Source: Chiloscyllium plagiosum (Eukaryota). Taken from it: a stretch of DNA of 64,000 bases. This document shows, piece after piece, positions 39,253 to 51,515 of the stretch. The number at the start of each line of letters is the position of its first letter. Position 1 is the stretch's first letter. Location of the stretch: contig NC_057751.1 of NCBI RefSeq assembly GCF_004010195.1, positions 6,414,699-6,478,698 of the forward strand, written 5' to 3'. The position numbers and the translations under genes are program-made. The notes under the pieces were generated by a model. That model was not told the origin of the DNA, made no database searches, and worked only from the letters and a program-made list of their open reading frames with translations.

Positions 39253-39427
39253 AAATATCAACGTAAAAACATAACCCACCTCCTAACATTATTGTAAAAA
39301 ATATAACCCACCTCCTAACATTAATGTAAAAACATAATCCACCTCCTAACATCAATGTAAAAACATAACCCATCTCCTAACATTAATGTAAAAATATCAC
39401 CCACCTCCTAAAATCAATGTAAAAACA
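39253..39427. repeat. Minisatellite, about 31-bp unit, about 5.5 copies
   Basis: Unit AACATYAATGTAAAAAYATAACCCACCTCCT. Confidence 0.9.
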
Positions 39428-40544
39428 CACAATAAATAATAGAAATGTAATGTGGCGGGTATATACATGGCTCTGTTATAGCATAAATACTTGGGCAAAG
39501 TGACGAAAATGGTATTTGAGATATTTTTGCTGGTTTGTCAGGAGTGCCACAAACAAAGTTTGCTGTACCATCACCTTGCACTGATTGTAGGTTCATGTGT
39601 GACTCACCAAGTCACTTGTCTTCCGAGTGCAGTATAGAATGCTTATTTTCAGCATATTTTATGTTCTATTTTCCCCGAAGAATGCACAGCATGTGAGATT
39701 GACAGAACCTTTGGGTCCGATAAAAAAATCAGTTCAACATAAAATGTCTGATGTCATGTAAAATTATTTGCCTAAATCACAGACTAAAACCTTAATTTTA
39801 GGTTGTCAACATTTCAACAAGACCTGTTTCTCATACCCACTTATCAATAGTACTTAAACTCAGCAGTGTGCATTAAGGCAAGACCTGGAGATTTAAACTT
39901 GTGTCACAAATGTTCCTATGCAAAGCTTCTCCGACCTGTGAAAAGTATGAAAGCATGTCATACTTTACCTTAGCTTGGAAAGTTTTTGGCCTTGGAAAAG
40001 TTGGTGACGTTTTGTCAATTTTTCAGTTCAGTAAAAATTTGGCAAATTTGTACTCTGACAAATCTGTAAATTGTCAGATGAAGGGGAAGTTCTAGCAACT
40101 GAGAAATCCCACAGCTTCAATGCTCAGAGAAAGAATCAAGTGTAGTCAGAAATGTTGCTGAGAGACTTCATCTCTGCACAGGTGATTCTGTTGATGATGT
40201 TGTAATCTCTGCAATCACATGTTGAAAACTCCAGTATGTTTAATTAGACACGGCAACTAGCGTAATTGACACAATGTTTGCATGCTTGATCCAGAAGAAA
40301 ACTCCAAATTCCCAGTAGCAGTACACAGTGGCAGGTTTAAACTCCTCCAGAAAAGGTTAGCCAACCAAGGGCTGTGATCTTGAGACATGAGCTGTAAGCA
40401 TTGAACTAAACAAAAGGTGTCAGTCAGTAGATGGCACGAGAATGTCTATTCAGTGTCATTCACCAGGTTATCAAAGCAGGAAGTGACCTTTATTTCAAGT
40501 GTTGGACACTGGGATATGCTTGGTGGATCTCAGTAGTAATTTTA

Positions 40545-40940
40545 GAATATAGAACATAGAACATAGAACAACACAGCGCAGAACAGGCCCTTCGGCCCTC
40601 GATGTTGCGCCGACCTGTGAACTATTCTCAGCTCCTCCCCCACACTGTCCCATCATCATCCATGTGCTTATCCACAGATTGTTTAAATCTCCCTAATGTG
40701 GCTGAGTTAACTGCATTGGCATGTAGGGCATTCCATGTCATTACCACTCTCTGAGTAAAGAACCTGCCTCTGACATCTATCTTAAATCTATCATCCCTCA
40801 ATCTGTAGTTATGACCCCTCGTACAAGCTGACGTCATCATCCGAGGAAAAAGACTTCTACTGTCTACCCATCCAATTCTCTGATCATCTTGTATGTCTCT
40901 ATCAAGTCCCCTCTTAGCCTTCTTCTTTCTCACGAGAACA
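40545..40940 (-). mobile_element. CR1 3' fragment
   Basis: TRGHNYRLR..RGRFFTQRVVMTWNAL and (agaacat)n tail. Confidence 0.9.
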
Positions 40941-43900
40941 GTATCCTTCAATATCCTTGGACAAGTTTTAGCTTAAGAGGCATAAGACATACACAACCTT
41001 GATGAAAACATTACGTTCCAGCCCAAGGCTCTGGTAGACTAAGCAACATAAATATGTCAACATTCTTTCCAGGCTAAAATGCAGATATCTTTTGATGCAC
41101 CTTGTGCTGTATTGATCAATTTATCATTCAAGTAATGTGGACGCAATAAAATCAAGACCTTCCCCAAGAATCAGTGTCATTGAAGAAATCCCGGGGCAGT
41201 GAAAGATGACAATAATTGCACTTCCTCAATGAAAGTCTTCTTGTCATGCTTTCATTATGTGAGGTTTAACTGTAATCCCACACTAATTCAAATATGCTTA
41301 ATTCAGCTGATCTGTAACTAATTTCTTTTCAACAAAAAAATCCCAACTTTGCTGTGTTATTTATGATCCATGTTGCTAATTTTAGATAGCTCAATGTTTT
41401 AAAGATTAGAATACATGGAATTGCATGCACCACTGATTAGTCTATTCCTGAAACTCAGAGCACAGATCGGCCTGTTTCATATCTGGCACTAGCCATAACT
41501 CAGCCATGGATTCATGAGCTCGCTTACTTTCTGATACTGTATTTTGAAAATTGGTCCATATTTTATCTGTTCACCTGAATACCTTTGTGTACACGGACAT
41601 GAAATCATTACCCTTTTCTGTACCTTTGTTTTTCTCACTCACTAAACAGTCAAGTTTGCCTGAGGGCTCAAAATCTTAAATTAGGTGATTAAAGATCTGG
41701 TGTTTTAGTTTAAATAAAACTCATGCTGCAATTTTCACAATAGGCACGCAATGTACATTTTCTTCTTCCATTACCACTTAAATGAACAAGTAATGAATGT
41801 TTATTTATTAGACCTGGAGTTGGTGTTTAACAGTGAGCTTACAAAATGTAATCTACGTTATTTTGGATTCGAGCAATAATGCAGCTTTAAGTAGGTTGAT
41901 TTATATATTGCCATTTCATGATAATTAGGGTCATGCTGTCCTGAAGGCTTTCCATTTGGCATTCTGCTGCTTGTGTACATATATCATTTTCATTACATCT
42001 TTGCACTGATAGGTATGGTTACACACCATTAGCTACAAAGGAATCGAAAATATAATTCAATGGGCTGCATTCACTGCAAATGTACAAGATTAACTCTGAA
42101 GAATCAGTGACTTTATCAGGAAGGGGTGAAGGAGAGAAATCCCAACCAGTATACTTGAAGAAGGACTGATACGGTTTCCTTTCACTGCTACTTTAAATGA
42201 GATTCCCATCAGTTTATTAGTAAAATGGTAAAACTCTTAAAAAAGCAAACACAAAATCTGACACACAAGAACATAATAGGATACTGAGTTGGCCTTGTGG
42301 CCTCATATGTTTGCTCTGCCATTTATTAAGCTCATGGGTAATATTTTATCTCAATTTTGCATTCTAGCACAATTTTGATATCCTTTGTGTCTAAAAGTCT
42401 ACCACTCTCCATCTTGAATGTAGACAACAGCTGATCATCCATAACTGTCAGGGGGAATGAATTCCACAAAGTCACAATCACTTGACTGAAGGAATTTTAC
42501 CTCATCTGAGTCTTACGTATAACAAAAAAACCAACTGAAGTGTAATTGATGGAAAGTCAACTGCTCGTACAGTACTTTTGCTCACAAATACACCAACTTT
42601 GCTCAGTACTTTGCAACCATGACCAACATTGTACATGTAAGTAGTTCCAATACGAGACACATTTCTAACTATTACATTGTTGTTGAACTAACAGGAAAGT
42701 ATTTTGTACAAGTACGATCATTTCACAGAGTTTGCTCTGAAGTATATAATTTGTTGAGTGAAAATGTTCAATGTTTTTGTTTTTCTTAAGCTTGTGTGTT
42801 CCTTTCCATTTTTAAGTTGCAATTCATCTGGTCCAGATCAAAAGGACTTAGATTCAGTTCCTACATCTTTCTTTTCTTGAAATGAAGCTCAAGAAAGAAT
42901 AAATAAACACGGTAAAGAACTTGAGCAATGAAACCGAAAATTATTGTTTTCACTGAGACCAATCCTTGGTAAACTGGGATTTGCCATCCTGCCTATAACT
43001 GACGCAGATCTGTAAACCAAGGGTCAGTGCCCTGAAAGTGATGTTTGATTTCCTATAAGTAGGGATTAGCAGTCAAAGAGATTACAGGGAAGCTTTGGAA
43101 ATTCTTCAGGCACTGAACAGTCTTTAAAAGCCACATTAGGGATATTTGACTTGACATCTTGCAACTGTAATGAGCAAGGCAGAAGCAAAATCAAGTTCAA
43201 AGCTGGATGCCTGTCCTTCAGTGTCACAGCAGAATGTTTGTTTTTCTCTCTCAGTTTTGCAAGTAAATACTATTAAGAATTCTAATCATGACGACAAAGA
43301 AATTTCATAAAATGTTCCTTTTCCTTGTACACACATAGTCTGGCATAATGGCAGAACCCAGTTACAATTCCTCAGTGCTATTTAAGCAGAAACTAATCTA
43401 CAATAGAAAAAGGTTCTGTGATATTAACATTATGATGTGAATTACAATTGACTTTGACATTCACTTGACCTCAGCAAAAATGTTATTTCTTAACTTCCTT
43501 GCTGAATTGGTTTCTGAAAAATCTTCAGAGTACAATTTTTCATTTCATACGTCTCCTGAAGAGTTAATATGTGCTTACAAACCTTTATCCTGATTCAGAA
43601 ATACAAGTTGGAAGTGACATTTATACAGGAAAAGTTGTCAAGGACGAAAGAAGATGGCATTAGCAGCCTTTTGCTGAGGGATATTTGCTGACCAGGCCAT
43701 CTGGAGGATTTTCATGCTTTGTTTTGTTAGTGAGCTCTTTTATTTTCCATTTGAAAAAGCAATTAGAGCTTTGGTTTAACAATTCATTTGCAAACCTAAG
43801 AATTGCATTGGTACATTCACACTGGTACATCCTGGTATGGAATTTTGATCATGAGGACAATCTTAGAAACTGAAAATCTCCCACTCTAATCAAGTGAATA

Positions 43901-44262
43901 ATTACATCTGTTTGTCTGGAATGGATACAAAGTGGAAATTTAGTGTGAGCTATATCGAGAGCGGGAGTGCTGCAATATTTAGGGGATTTTCACTCTTGGT
44001 GGTCTTTAGAGATCAGGGATGCATTTGGTGAACAGGGGAGACAATTTGCCTTCAGCCATTCCCACACAACATGAGTATCTTTATCATGTCACACATGGTG
44101 CATGAGAAGTGACGCAATGACACTTGCAGTTCATCACAGAATATTTTGTGATTTTTAAGCAGCAAGTTATGATTCCAGAGCTCCTTTGCAGTGTAGAGCC
44201 CCCCACCCCACTCCACCCGCCCCCCCCCCAACTTGAATCTGTAGCATTTTATCTCCAGTGGA

Positions 44263-44408
44263 AGAAAGTGAGGACTGCAGATGCTGGAGATCAGAGTCAA
44301 AAAATGTGGCGCTGGAAAAGCACAGCAGGTCAGGCAGCATCCGAGGAGCAGGAGATTCAACGTTCATCAGGAATGTGCTGTGCTTTTCCAGCACCACACT
44401 TTTTGACT
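44263..44408. mobile_element. Hairpin-type Penelope-derived insertion (family A)
   Basis: Minus-strand tail plus inverted tgctgtgcttttccagcaccacactttttgact. The hammerhead is internally deleted (aacgttcatcaggaat). Confidence 0.75.
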
Positions 44409-44599
44409 TATATCTTTAGTAAGATCATGGCTTTTTAAATAATAGGTTTGAAGATTCTTCATGAAGCCTCACAGAGGTTAAAATCAAAAGTGTATGTGAG
44501 ACTTAATGTTCTATAGAACTGTGAAGATGAAGAAGAAAGATGGGGAAAAGAGAGAGCTAAAGATACAAAGAAAAATGGGAATAGATCAAAAATCAAAAA

Positions 44600-44880
44600 G
44601 ATGCTGAAGATTTGAAAACGGATGTTGCCAGATATGGAAGGTTTGAGTTATAAAGAAAAGTTGGAGTGTAAGTGTTGAGAGGCAACCTGACAGAAGTTTC
44701 TAAAGTTAAGAGAGTTATCGTTGGAGTTAATGGAAAAAGGGATTTAGTTAGGTACATGAATAGGAAAGATTTGGAAGGATATTGGCCAGGAACAGGCAAT
44801 ACTTTCATTTGGGATGACATTCATCACAGACTGGTTGGACCGAAAGGTGTGTTTCCGTGCTGTATGTACATATGGCTCTG
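44600..44880 (+). mobile_element. Deleted CR1 3' fragment
   Basis: LRGNLTEVSK..RYMNRKDLEGY and tail. Confidence 0.7.
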
Positions 44881-46584
44881 AAGAATACACAGAGAAACAG
44901 AGTGATTGTTTCAGGTCTATTACCTTTCCCAAATCATGTCTGAAGGGAGCTGATTTTACACCATTCTCTTTGAGCAACTGTTCCAATTGTAAGGAGGTGC
45001 CAGTTTTCTACTTGCAATACGAAATACATCTCTTTCACTTTCAATTAGCAACAAGTATTGCAGTGTCACTTCAACTGTACAAGAAAAACCTGCAGCTGTC
45101 ATTCATTACTCCCTCTGACATTTAACAAGAAAACCCAGTACTCCTTCAGTTTGGGAGCCTTTTACATATATTAAGACAATTGAATGCCACAAGTCAGTGG
45201 CACATTGGTGAAACACATTTTGCATAAGAAATACTTAATCAAGAGGCAAGATGTTGAGAGAGTTAAGCACATTTTCATGAGAGTTGGTTCAGGTTAACTT
45301 GAAATATCAATTGAGTGGCTTGTGCATCAGCCCAACTCGACCTCTGATAACAAAGTACTCGACTTATTGACAAGCCAAGTAAAAGCACCATTGAATCACC
45401 AATAAACTCTCGGCAAGGTAATTTTTCAACCTTAATACAGTATTGGTTGTTGAAATGAAGGGGAAAAAACATGCATAGCTCAAAGGCTGCAAAATCATCA
45501 TTGTTATTTGTTGTTACATGTGAGACCACACAGGGATTTCAATTTTTATTTGAAGAGAGAGCCTTCCTAGTCTGTGTAATTAGTTTAGCTATGTTGCTCA
45601 CTTCACAATGAGGAAATACAAACTTACAGTGAAGAACATGTTGCTCAACTTAACCTTGCACAATTGAATGTGAGAAACTTGCAGAATCAATAGGTATGAG
45701 AAAAATATGACAAACAAAATAAATGCTCTCACTTCTTCGATTGGAACTGCACAAACTCAAAACAATGAACAGCGTTATGATTGTTTTATTGAGATTCAGT
45801 TGAAATGACAAAATTCACAGAAGCTCTACCTTTAATTGACATTTGTTTGATATTTTTCCATTGCATTGGCTTTGATATAACTGGCTGTGTTTCACCAAAT
45901 GAAATTACTGTATTTTAAGATGCGCTTTTCAGAAAGCTTCAATTCTTTCATCATGTGAGAAAGAGGCAATTATTACCTCATAGGAACAGGGTTATTAAAA
46001 AAAATGATGCTTTTAAACTGTTGTAAAATAATACAAAAAAGTGCTCCAAAACTTAAGTCTTGCCTTTCAGTTACTTTTGCCTTTCAGTTACTTTTGCCTT
46101 CCACACTGTATCATTTAGTGTTTCCTTTATTGGAGTTCAGACTTTCAGAATTAAAATGTAAATTGACACTGATTTTCATTTGTTTCCACTTTCCTATCTC
46201 ATCTTCCTTTTCAATAACTTTCTAACAGTCTCCTATTTCACTGCATCTTTGGTCGCCTCAACGTAACTACTCCTGCTTTGCCTGCTCAGTATCATACAAT
46301 TTGTTCTAAGTAATCTTACAGCCTTTTATTTTGTTAAAGAGGCTGCAAAAATGCAAGGAAGATGAGACCATATTTTGATCTTATGTCTGTCCTGTGCAAA
46401 TGCTGTGCAGAATAGCAGCTGCCAGGAAATTGCTGATGAATGGATTTACTTTTTAAAATGTGTTTTTTTCAAAACATACGTACAGAAGCATTTGCATGAC
46501 TTTCAGGTCATGGATAGGCTGACCGTAGTTAACCTAAATGTAACTGAAAGGAGTTGAGAAGTTGAAGCTGTCTGTCTTGCACTC

Positions 46585-46740
46585 ATGATGTGGAGGTGCT
46601 AGTGTTGGACTGGGTGGACAAACTTAAAAATCACACAACACCAGGTTATAATCAAACAGGTTTATTTGAAAGTACAAGCTTTCGGAGCACTGCTCCTTTG
46701 TCAGGCAGCTAGTGGGCTGGATCATAGGACACAAAATTTA
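46585..46740 (-). mobile_element. Family B tail with hammerhead motif
   Basis: Minus strand reads TGC-CTGACAA-A-GGAG-CAGTG-CTCC-GAAAGCTT-GTA at 46673-46707. Confidence 0.7.
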
Positions 46741-47174
46741 CAGTCCTGCACTCAGCAGAAGGAAGGTGCAACAAACAGACTTTCAAAAGAGATACCATTT
46801 CATACATATTGAGAAGAGGATACTGATTGGTTGAACCATAATTAGCATGAAGGTGTAGCAATTAACTGTCAATCTTAATTTTCAGACCAGCCAAGTAGAT
46901 TCTGATTGGTGACAATGTTGCCGTGAGGATGGAGTGGAGATTGGCTGTGTCTCTTCCATTTGTTTTGTTGACATAAGCAGGGTATTGAATCATCTTGAAT
47001 GTCACATTTAGCCCAGAAAAATATGTCACATTGGATGTTCTTTTCTGAGGCTGTCGAACATGGGCTAGTCTTCTCTTTCTGCTGTTTAAGTCTGAACTGT
47101 CAAGAGTACCTAATTAATTAAAGATTGCTGAAAATTTATAGGTATATACATTGACGGTTACACATAAATAGAAT

Positions 47175-48350
47175 TGCATGCGGAAACTTGTCACCATTGT
47201 GCTTCATGATGACATGCAATCTATGCTCCTCACCAGCGGATCCAGAACAGATGAGTACAAACTAGACTGCATCGTCACACCACTGCTTTTCTTCATCGTC
47301 CTTACTGCAACACTCCATGCCATCTCCATGAAGGTCTCTGATGGAGTGGAGCTAACATACAGGATGAGTCAGAAACCAATCAGCCTTCGATACATGCAGG
47401 CCAGAACCCAGACTACCCCAGCTTTGAGCTGCAGTATCCAGACAAGACTCGTGTGTGCGCACACTCAGAGGCTAAGATGCAAACTATCATAGGCGCATTC
47501 AACAAGATGTATAGGAGAATGGGCCTCAGAGTGAACGCCTGGAGAACAGAGGTTATTTACGAGCTCAGTCCAGCCACACAACACTGTCTGACAACCATAA
47601 AAATCTATAGTGAGCCCCTGGACAACATGGGTCATTTCCCATACCTCAGGCGCATCCTCTCAGCACAAGCAAATATTGACTATGACTTTCATGTGCCAGT
47701 GCGGTCTTTGATCACCAAAAGAGCTGTGTGTTCCAAGTGCTCAAACCCAGCACTAAGTTCATGGTCTGTAGACCAGCCATGGTCCCTACCCTCCTAAACG
47801 ATTCGGACACCTAGACCATATCTAACAGACCTCAAACCCCTGGAGAATTGCCAACAAAAGTGGCTTCTGCAAATTAATTGGGAAGATAAATGCAACAATG
47901 TGATCATCCTTTCCCAAGCCAATATCCCCAGTGGCTACACAACCAGCTGCAGTGGACAGGCCACATTGTCCACATGCCCAACACAAGTGCTCTACTCTGA
48001 CTTTGGGAAGCTATCACAAGGTGGGGGCAGAGGAAACACTGTAAGGACACCCTGAAAGTCTCCCAAAGCAAATGCAGTGTCCACGTCACCAGATAGGAAA
48101 TCAGTTTCCTTTGAATGCACAAACTGGAGGAGAAGCATCTGCAACCCCTTTGAAGACCAAGTGGAACACAGGGAATCCAAGTGCAAACAGTGGAAAGATA
48201 GTGCACCATCCAGAGTATTCCATCCACCTGCCTCAGTGAACACCACCTGCCCTATCTTTGGCAGATCTGCAGATCTAGGATTAGACAATTCCGCTGCCGC
48301 AGAAACCCTTCCCCCATCCTTGACCACGAGTGACTGCCAAGGAAAGAAGA
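47175..48350 (+). mobile_element. Degenerate RTE-clade LINE 3' half
   Basis: KLVTIVLHDDMQ, FNKMYRRMGLRVN, HFPYL, QLQWTGHIVHMP, QRKHCKDTLK, WRRSI. Confidence 0.8.
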
Positions 48351-50710
48351 GGATAGCTGTATAATTTTACACAACGGTGGGTAGGTCGGATTTTACCACG
48401 TGGGTGTGGAGCTGGAAAGGATTATTGTTTGAGTTCCCGTTGTGGTATTGTCTAGGGCAGGTTAGGAGTTGGATAACACATCCAAAGTCCAGTTGACCCA
48501 TTTTACCAGCACCTGGTGAATGCTTGCCACCTGCAAACACTGCCAAGCAGCGCCCTCAGCAGGTTACAGGATGAAGTGGGGGCCTCCTTTATAGGTATTC
48601 CTTGGCTTAGAGAGGGACCCTCCTGACAGCAATGGTCAGTCCACTGCTACAGTGCCACCTGTTTCTCAGCAACCAAATCTCAATCTCACATCTTCACGAG
48701 GTCTGCCTGACTGGTCGTGCAATCCCAGATCCTACCAACCTGACTTTGAAGGCTCACAGTCTTGGAAATACCATCACCTTATTGGTGTAGCCCAGCATTG
48801 GCTGCCAGGGGCATTGAGATTGCTGAGCTTTGCAGCCTTTGCTTCAGCTGGCAGGACTTGTGGGGTGTGCCACTGTCCTTAATTTAGCCTCTTTAAATCT
48901 TGTGATGATGAATTATTTTTCCTCTCGACAAAATGGAGTTGCTACATGTTTAAAAATTAATTATGGAACAGTTTTAAATATTACCAACATTTATGTCTCC
49001 TACTTAATTGAAATGAAAGAGAAATAATTAGGTGCATTTTCAATTTGGATCTTGCAATTAAGAACTTAGTCCACATATATGATGCTGGGATATTGTATTT
49101 TTATGTTTGAATTAACTGTTAACTCCATAAATGCATCAGGAATCGCATGTGCCTAATGGAATTTCTCTCCCATAATAAGGATCAGTCAAACCTTACATAT
49201 TAGTGAATCAACCATGGCAATAAAGTCAAACTAAATTAGGCATCAAAAAGAATTGAACATTAAAGGAAAACACACTAATCATGAGCAAATAGTGATATTT
49301 TTTAATTGAATAAATAATTGGAATATATCAGTGGTTGACAGTAATTGGAATTTCTGACATGCGCGTATTTTGAAATGCTATTTGCTTGTCAATGCTGAAA
49401 AACAGCCTTGACTCATGGAGGCCCCTGTGATACTGAATGAGATGGAGTTGTCAGTAATAAGTTTAATTCAGCTTTGGTTGAAGCGGATTTCCTCTTTATT
49501 TGAGGAACTTGATTTTTTTTTCTGCTCTGATGCCTCTTGTGTCTTATCTCGAGTGGCTGAAGCTTACTTTTTTTTGACTAAGTCCAAGTTGCATCTTATT
49601 TTTTTGAGTGGTTTTTCACCGTGGGACTTAGAAATTTTTCTCACCGTATCAATCACAACTGATTTCTGCCCCACCTTAACATGCGCAATTGCTGGAACAA
49701 CAAGCCACTCAGTAGATATCTGCCAAAAGACTGATACCCCTTGTGCCTGCAGCATCATTGAAAGGCTGATAAGCATACTTAGAGGCAATGGCAATCTGGC
49801 ATCACCCTCACTGGCAATGTCATGGCACAGCAGCCCACAGGACATTACCACAAACTGCTCAGCATCCTCACTCTGCATGCAATGAAATGATGGCCAATTA
49901 ATTATAGCTGAGCTTTGCAAATAGTTGCTTCACGTATTTCTTGGATCAAGACCCAATATCCAGTAAATGTTGAACCAGCGCTTTTGCCCATCAACCTGAT
50001 GTTTACTCCACTCAGCCGAAACATTAGTGCCGACCATTCTCGAGAAGCACTCCATGCCGAGAGAGGGGAAAGTGATGGCAGGGAATGCAGCTAATAGTAG
50101 GCACCATCAGTAGTGGGCTCTGCTTGGATGCCAGGTACTGCCCCAAAGCTTTCATTGCACCCTATTACTTCGCACCACCCTGTCAGCCCATTTACACCGA
50201 TCGTCTCATGAAAAGGCATATCACATTGAACTTCACATACAACTGTCCTCCTTGACCTCTGAATTCCAGCATTAAATCTACTCTGCTCACCCTATGGAGG
50301 TTGTGATGGTGGGCACTGTCAATAACCCTCACCCCATAGCCTGCCATGTCCTCTGATGCTGTTCTGTAAAACCCCTTCACCTTGTGATTTTCCCCATTAC
50401 CGTTAGCACGCAATTAATATCAAAAACATTGATGAAGTGCTGTGTTGTGTTGTCAACAAGGCGGTTAACAAACAATAAACTCCATTAATTGGCAACTTGC
50501 TGCTTGTTAGTGAGAATCAGAAAAGATGGCGCAAGTTGCTCCCAACGTTGCGATGGGATTCACTGGACTTCTCATCAGATTCAGCAACACATTTCACCCC
50601 GGCCCACACCACTCACAACCCAATAGGATTCTTCCCTGTGTTTACTGGCGGTTAAATTGGGCAAGGCAGTGCCTCTTTTTCACTTACCTCTTGCCCTCTT
50701 TAAGGCTCAA

Positions 50711-51515
50711 AACAGAGGTTGAACCCTTCTGTTAATTAAAATCAAACACCCAGAAAAGCTCACTTCACCTTGTAATTTGCTAAAGGTGTGAGTGAGTGAG
50801 TGAAAGAGAAGTCCTAATTTCCACTATTTAAAGAAAAATAACAATTTATTTTCCGAACTCTACTAATGAACACTAAACAAAACTATTAACAAACAGAACA
50901 CTCTTTCGCCTCACTATCCCTTAAGTAAACACAATTCTATTAACATGCTGTTCCAGTAACACAATTATTAAACATTATATTACCTTAATCTCAAGTCCAC
51001 ACAGTCTCTTGTGATGTCTTCCTTCTGGTCTTCTAATTCTGTTGGCTTCTCTCTCCTGCTTTTTATTGCAAATATTTTTAAAGGAAAAGGTACCTTTTGA
51101 TAGATAGTGCCTTCTGAAATTTATTTGAGAGCAAGATGTTTATGTCTTTAGATGGCCTTTGCTCTCTGGTTCTCCGGCAGTTGCTTTGACCAATGTTCAA
51201 AATGCCTGTGTTTTTTATACCCCCAACTATGTTCCCTCTCATTGGTCCAATGTTGTCAATGCAATCAATTCACACTCAATTGGGTTTTAGTATCCAGAGC
51301 ATAATTTAAATTAATTGATTAAATTTGAATTGTCAAAACAGCAACCAAAACTCAGGTATCCATTTAACAGTCACTTGTTACTTATATCTATTTTGGAATA
51401 ACACGTCTTGTAGCTGTTCTGTTCTGGCAGCTGTGGCTGTATTTCAAATTTACTTTAAAATTCAGAAAATGCTTTCTGTCTCAAAGTGAGCAGAGACTCT
51501 TTCGACTTCATAACA
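50711..51515 (-). mobile_element. Solo LTR-like element, related to 17159-17926
   Basis: Shared gaacccttctgttaattaaa..aaacacccagaaaagctcac and gtcaaaacagcaaccaa. Ends cttcataaca. Confidence 0.7.

Noticed and set aside
39253..39427. CRISPR-like periodic repeat
   Set aside because: Head-to-tail units without unique spacers, in a eukaryotic context with no cas genes.
46062..46099. 17-bp tandem duplication (similar short direct repeats near 37524/37569 and 62863/62923)
   Set aside because: Consistent with ordinary slippage or chance, with no further structure.
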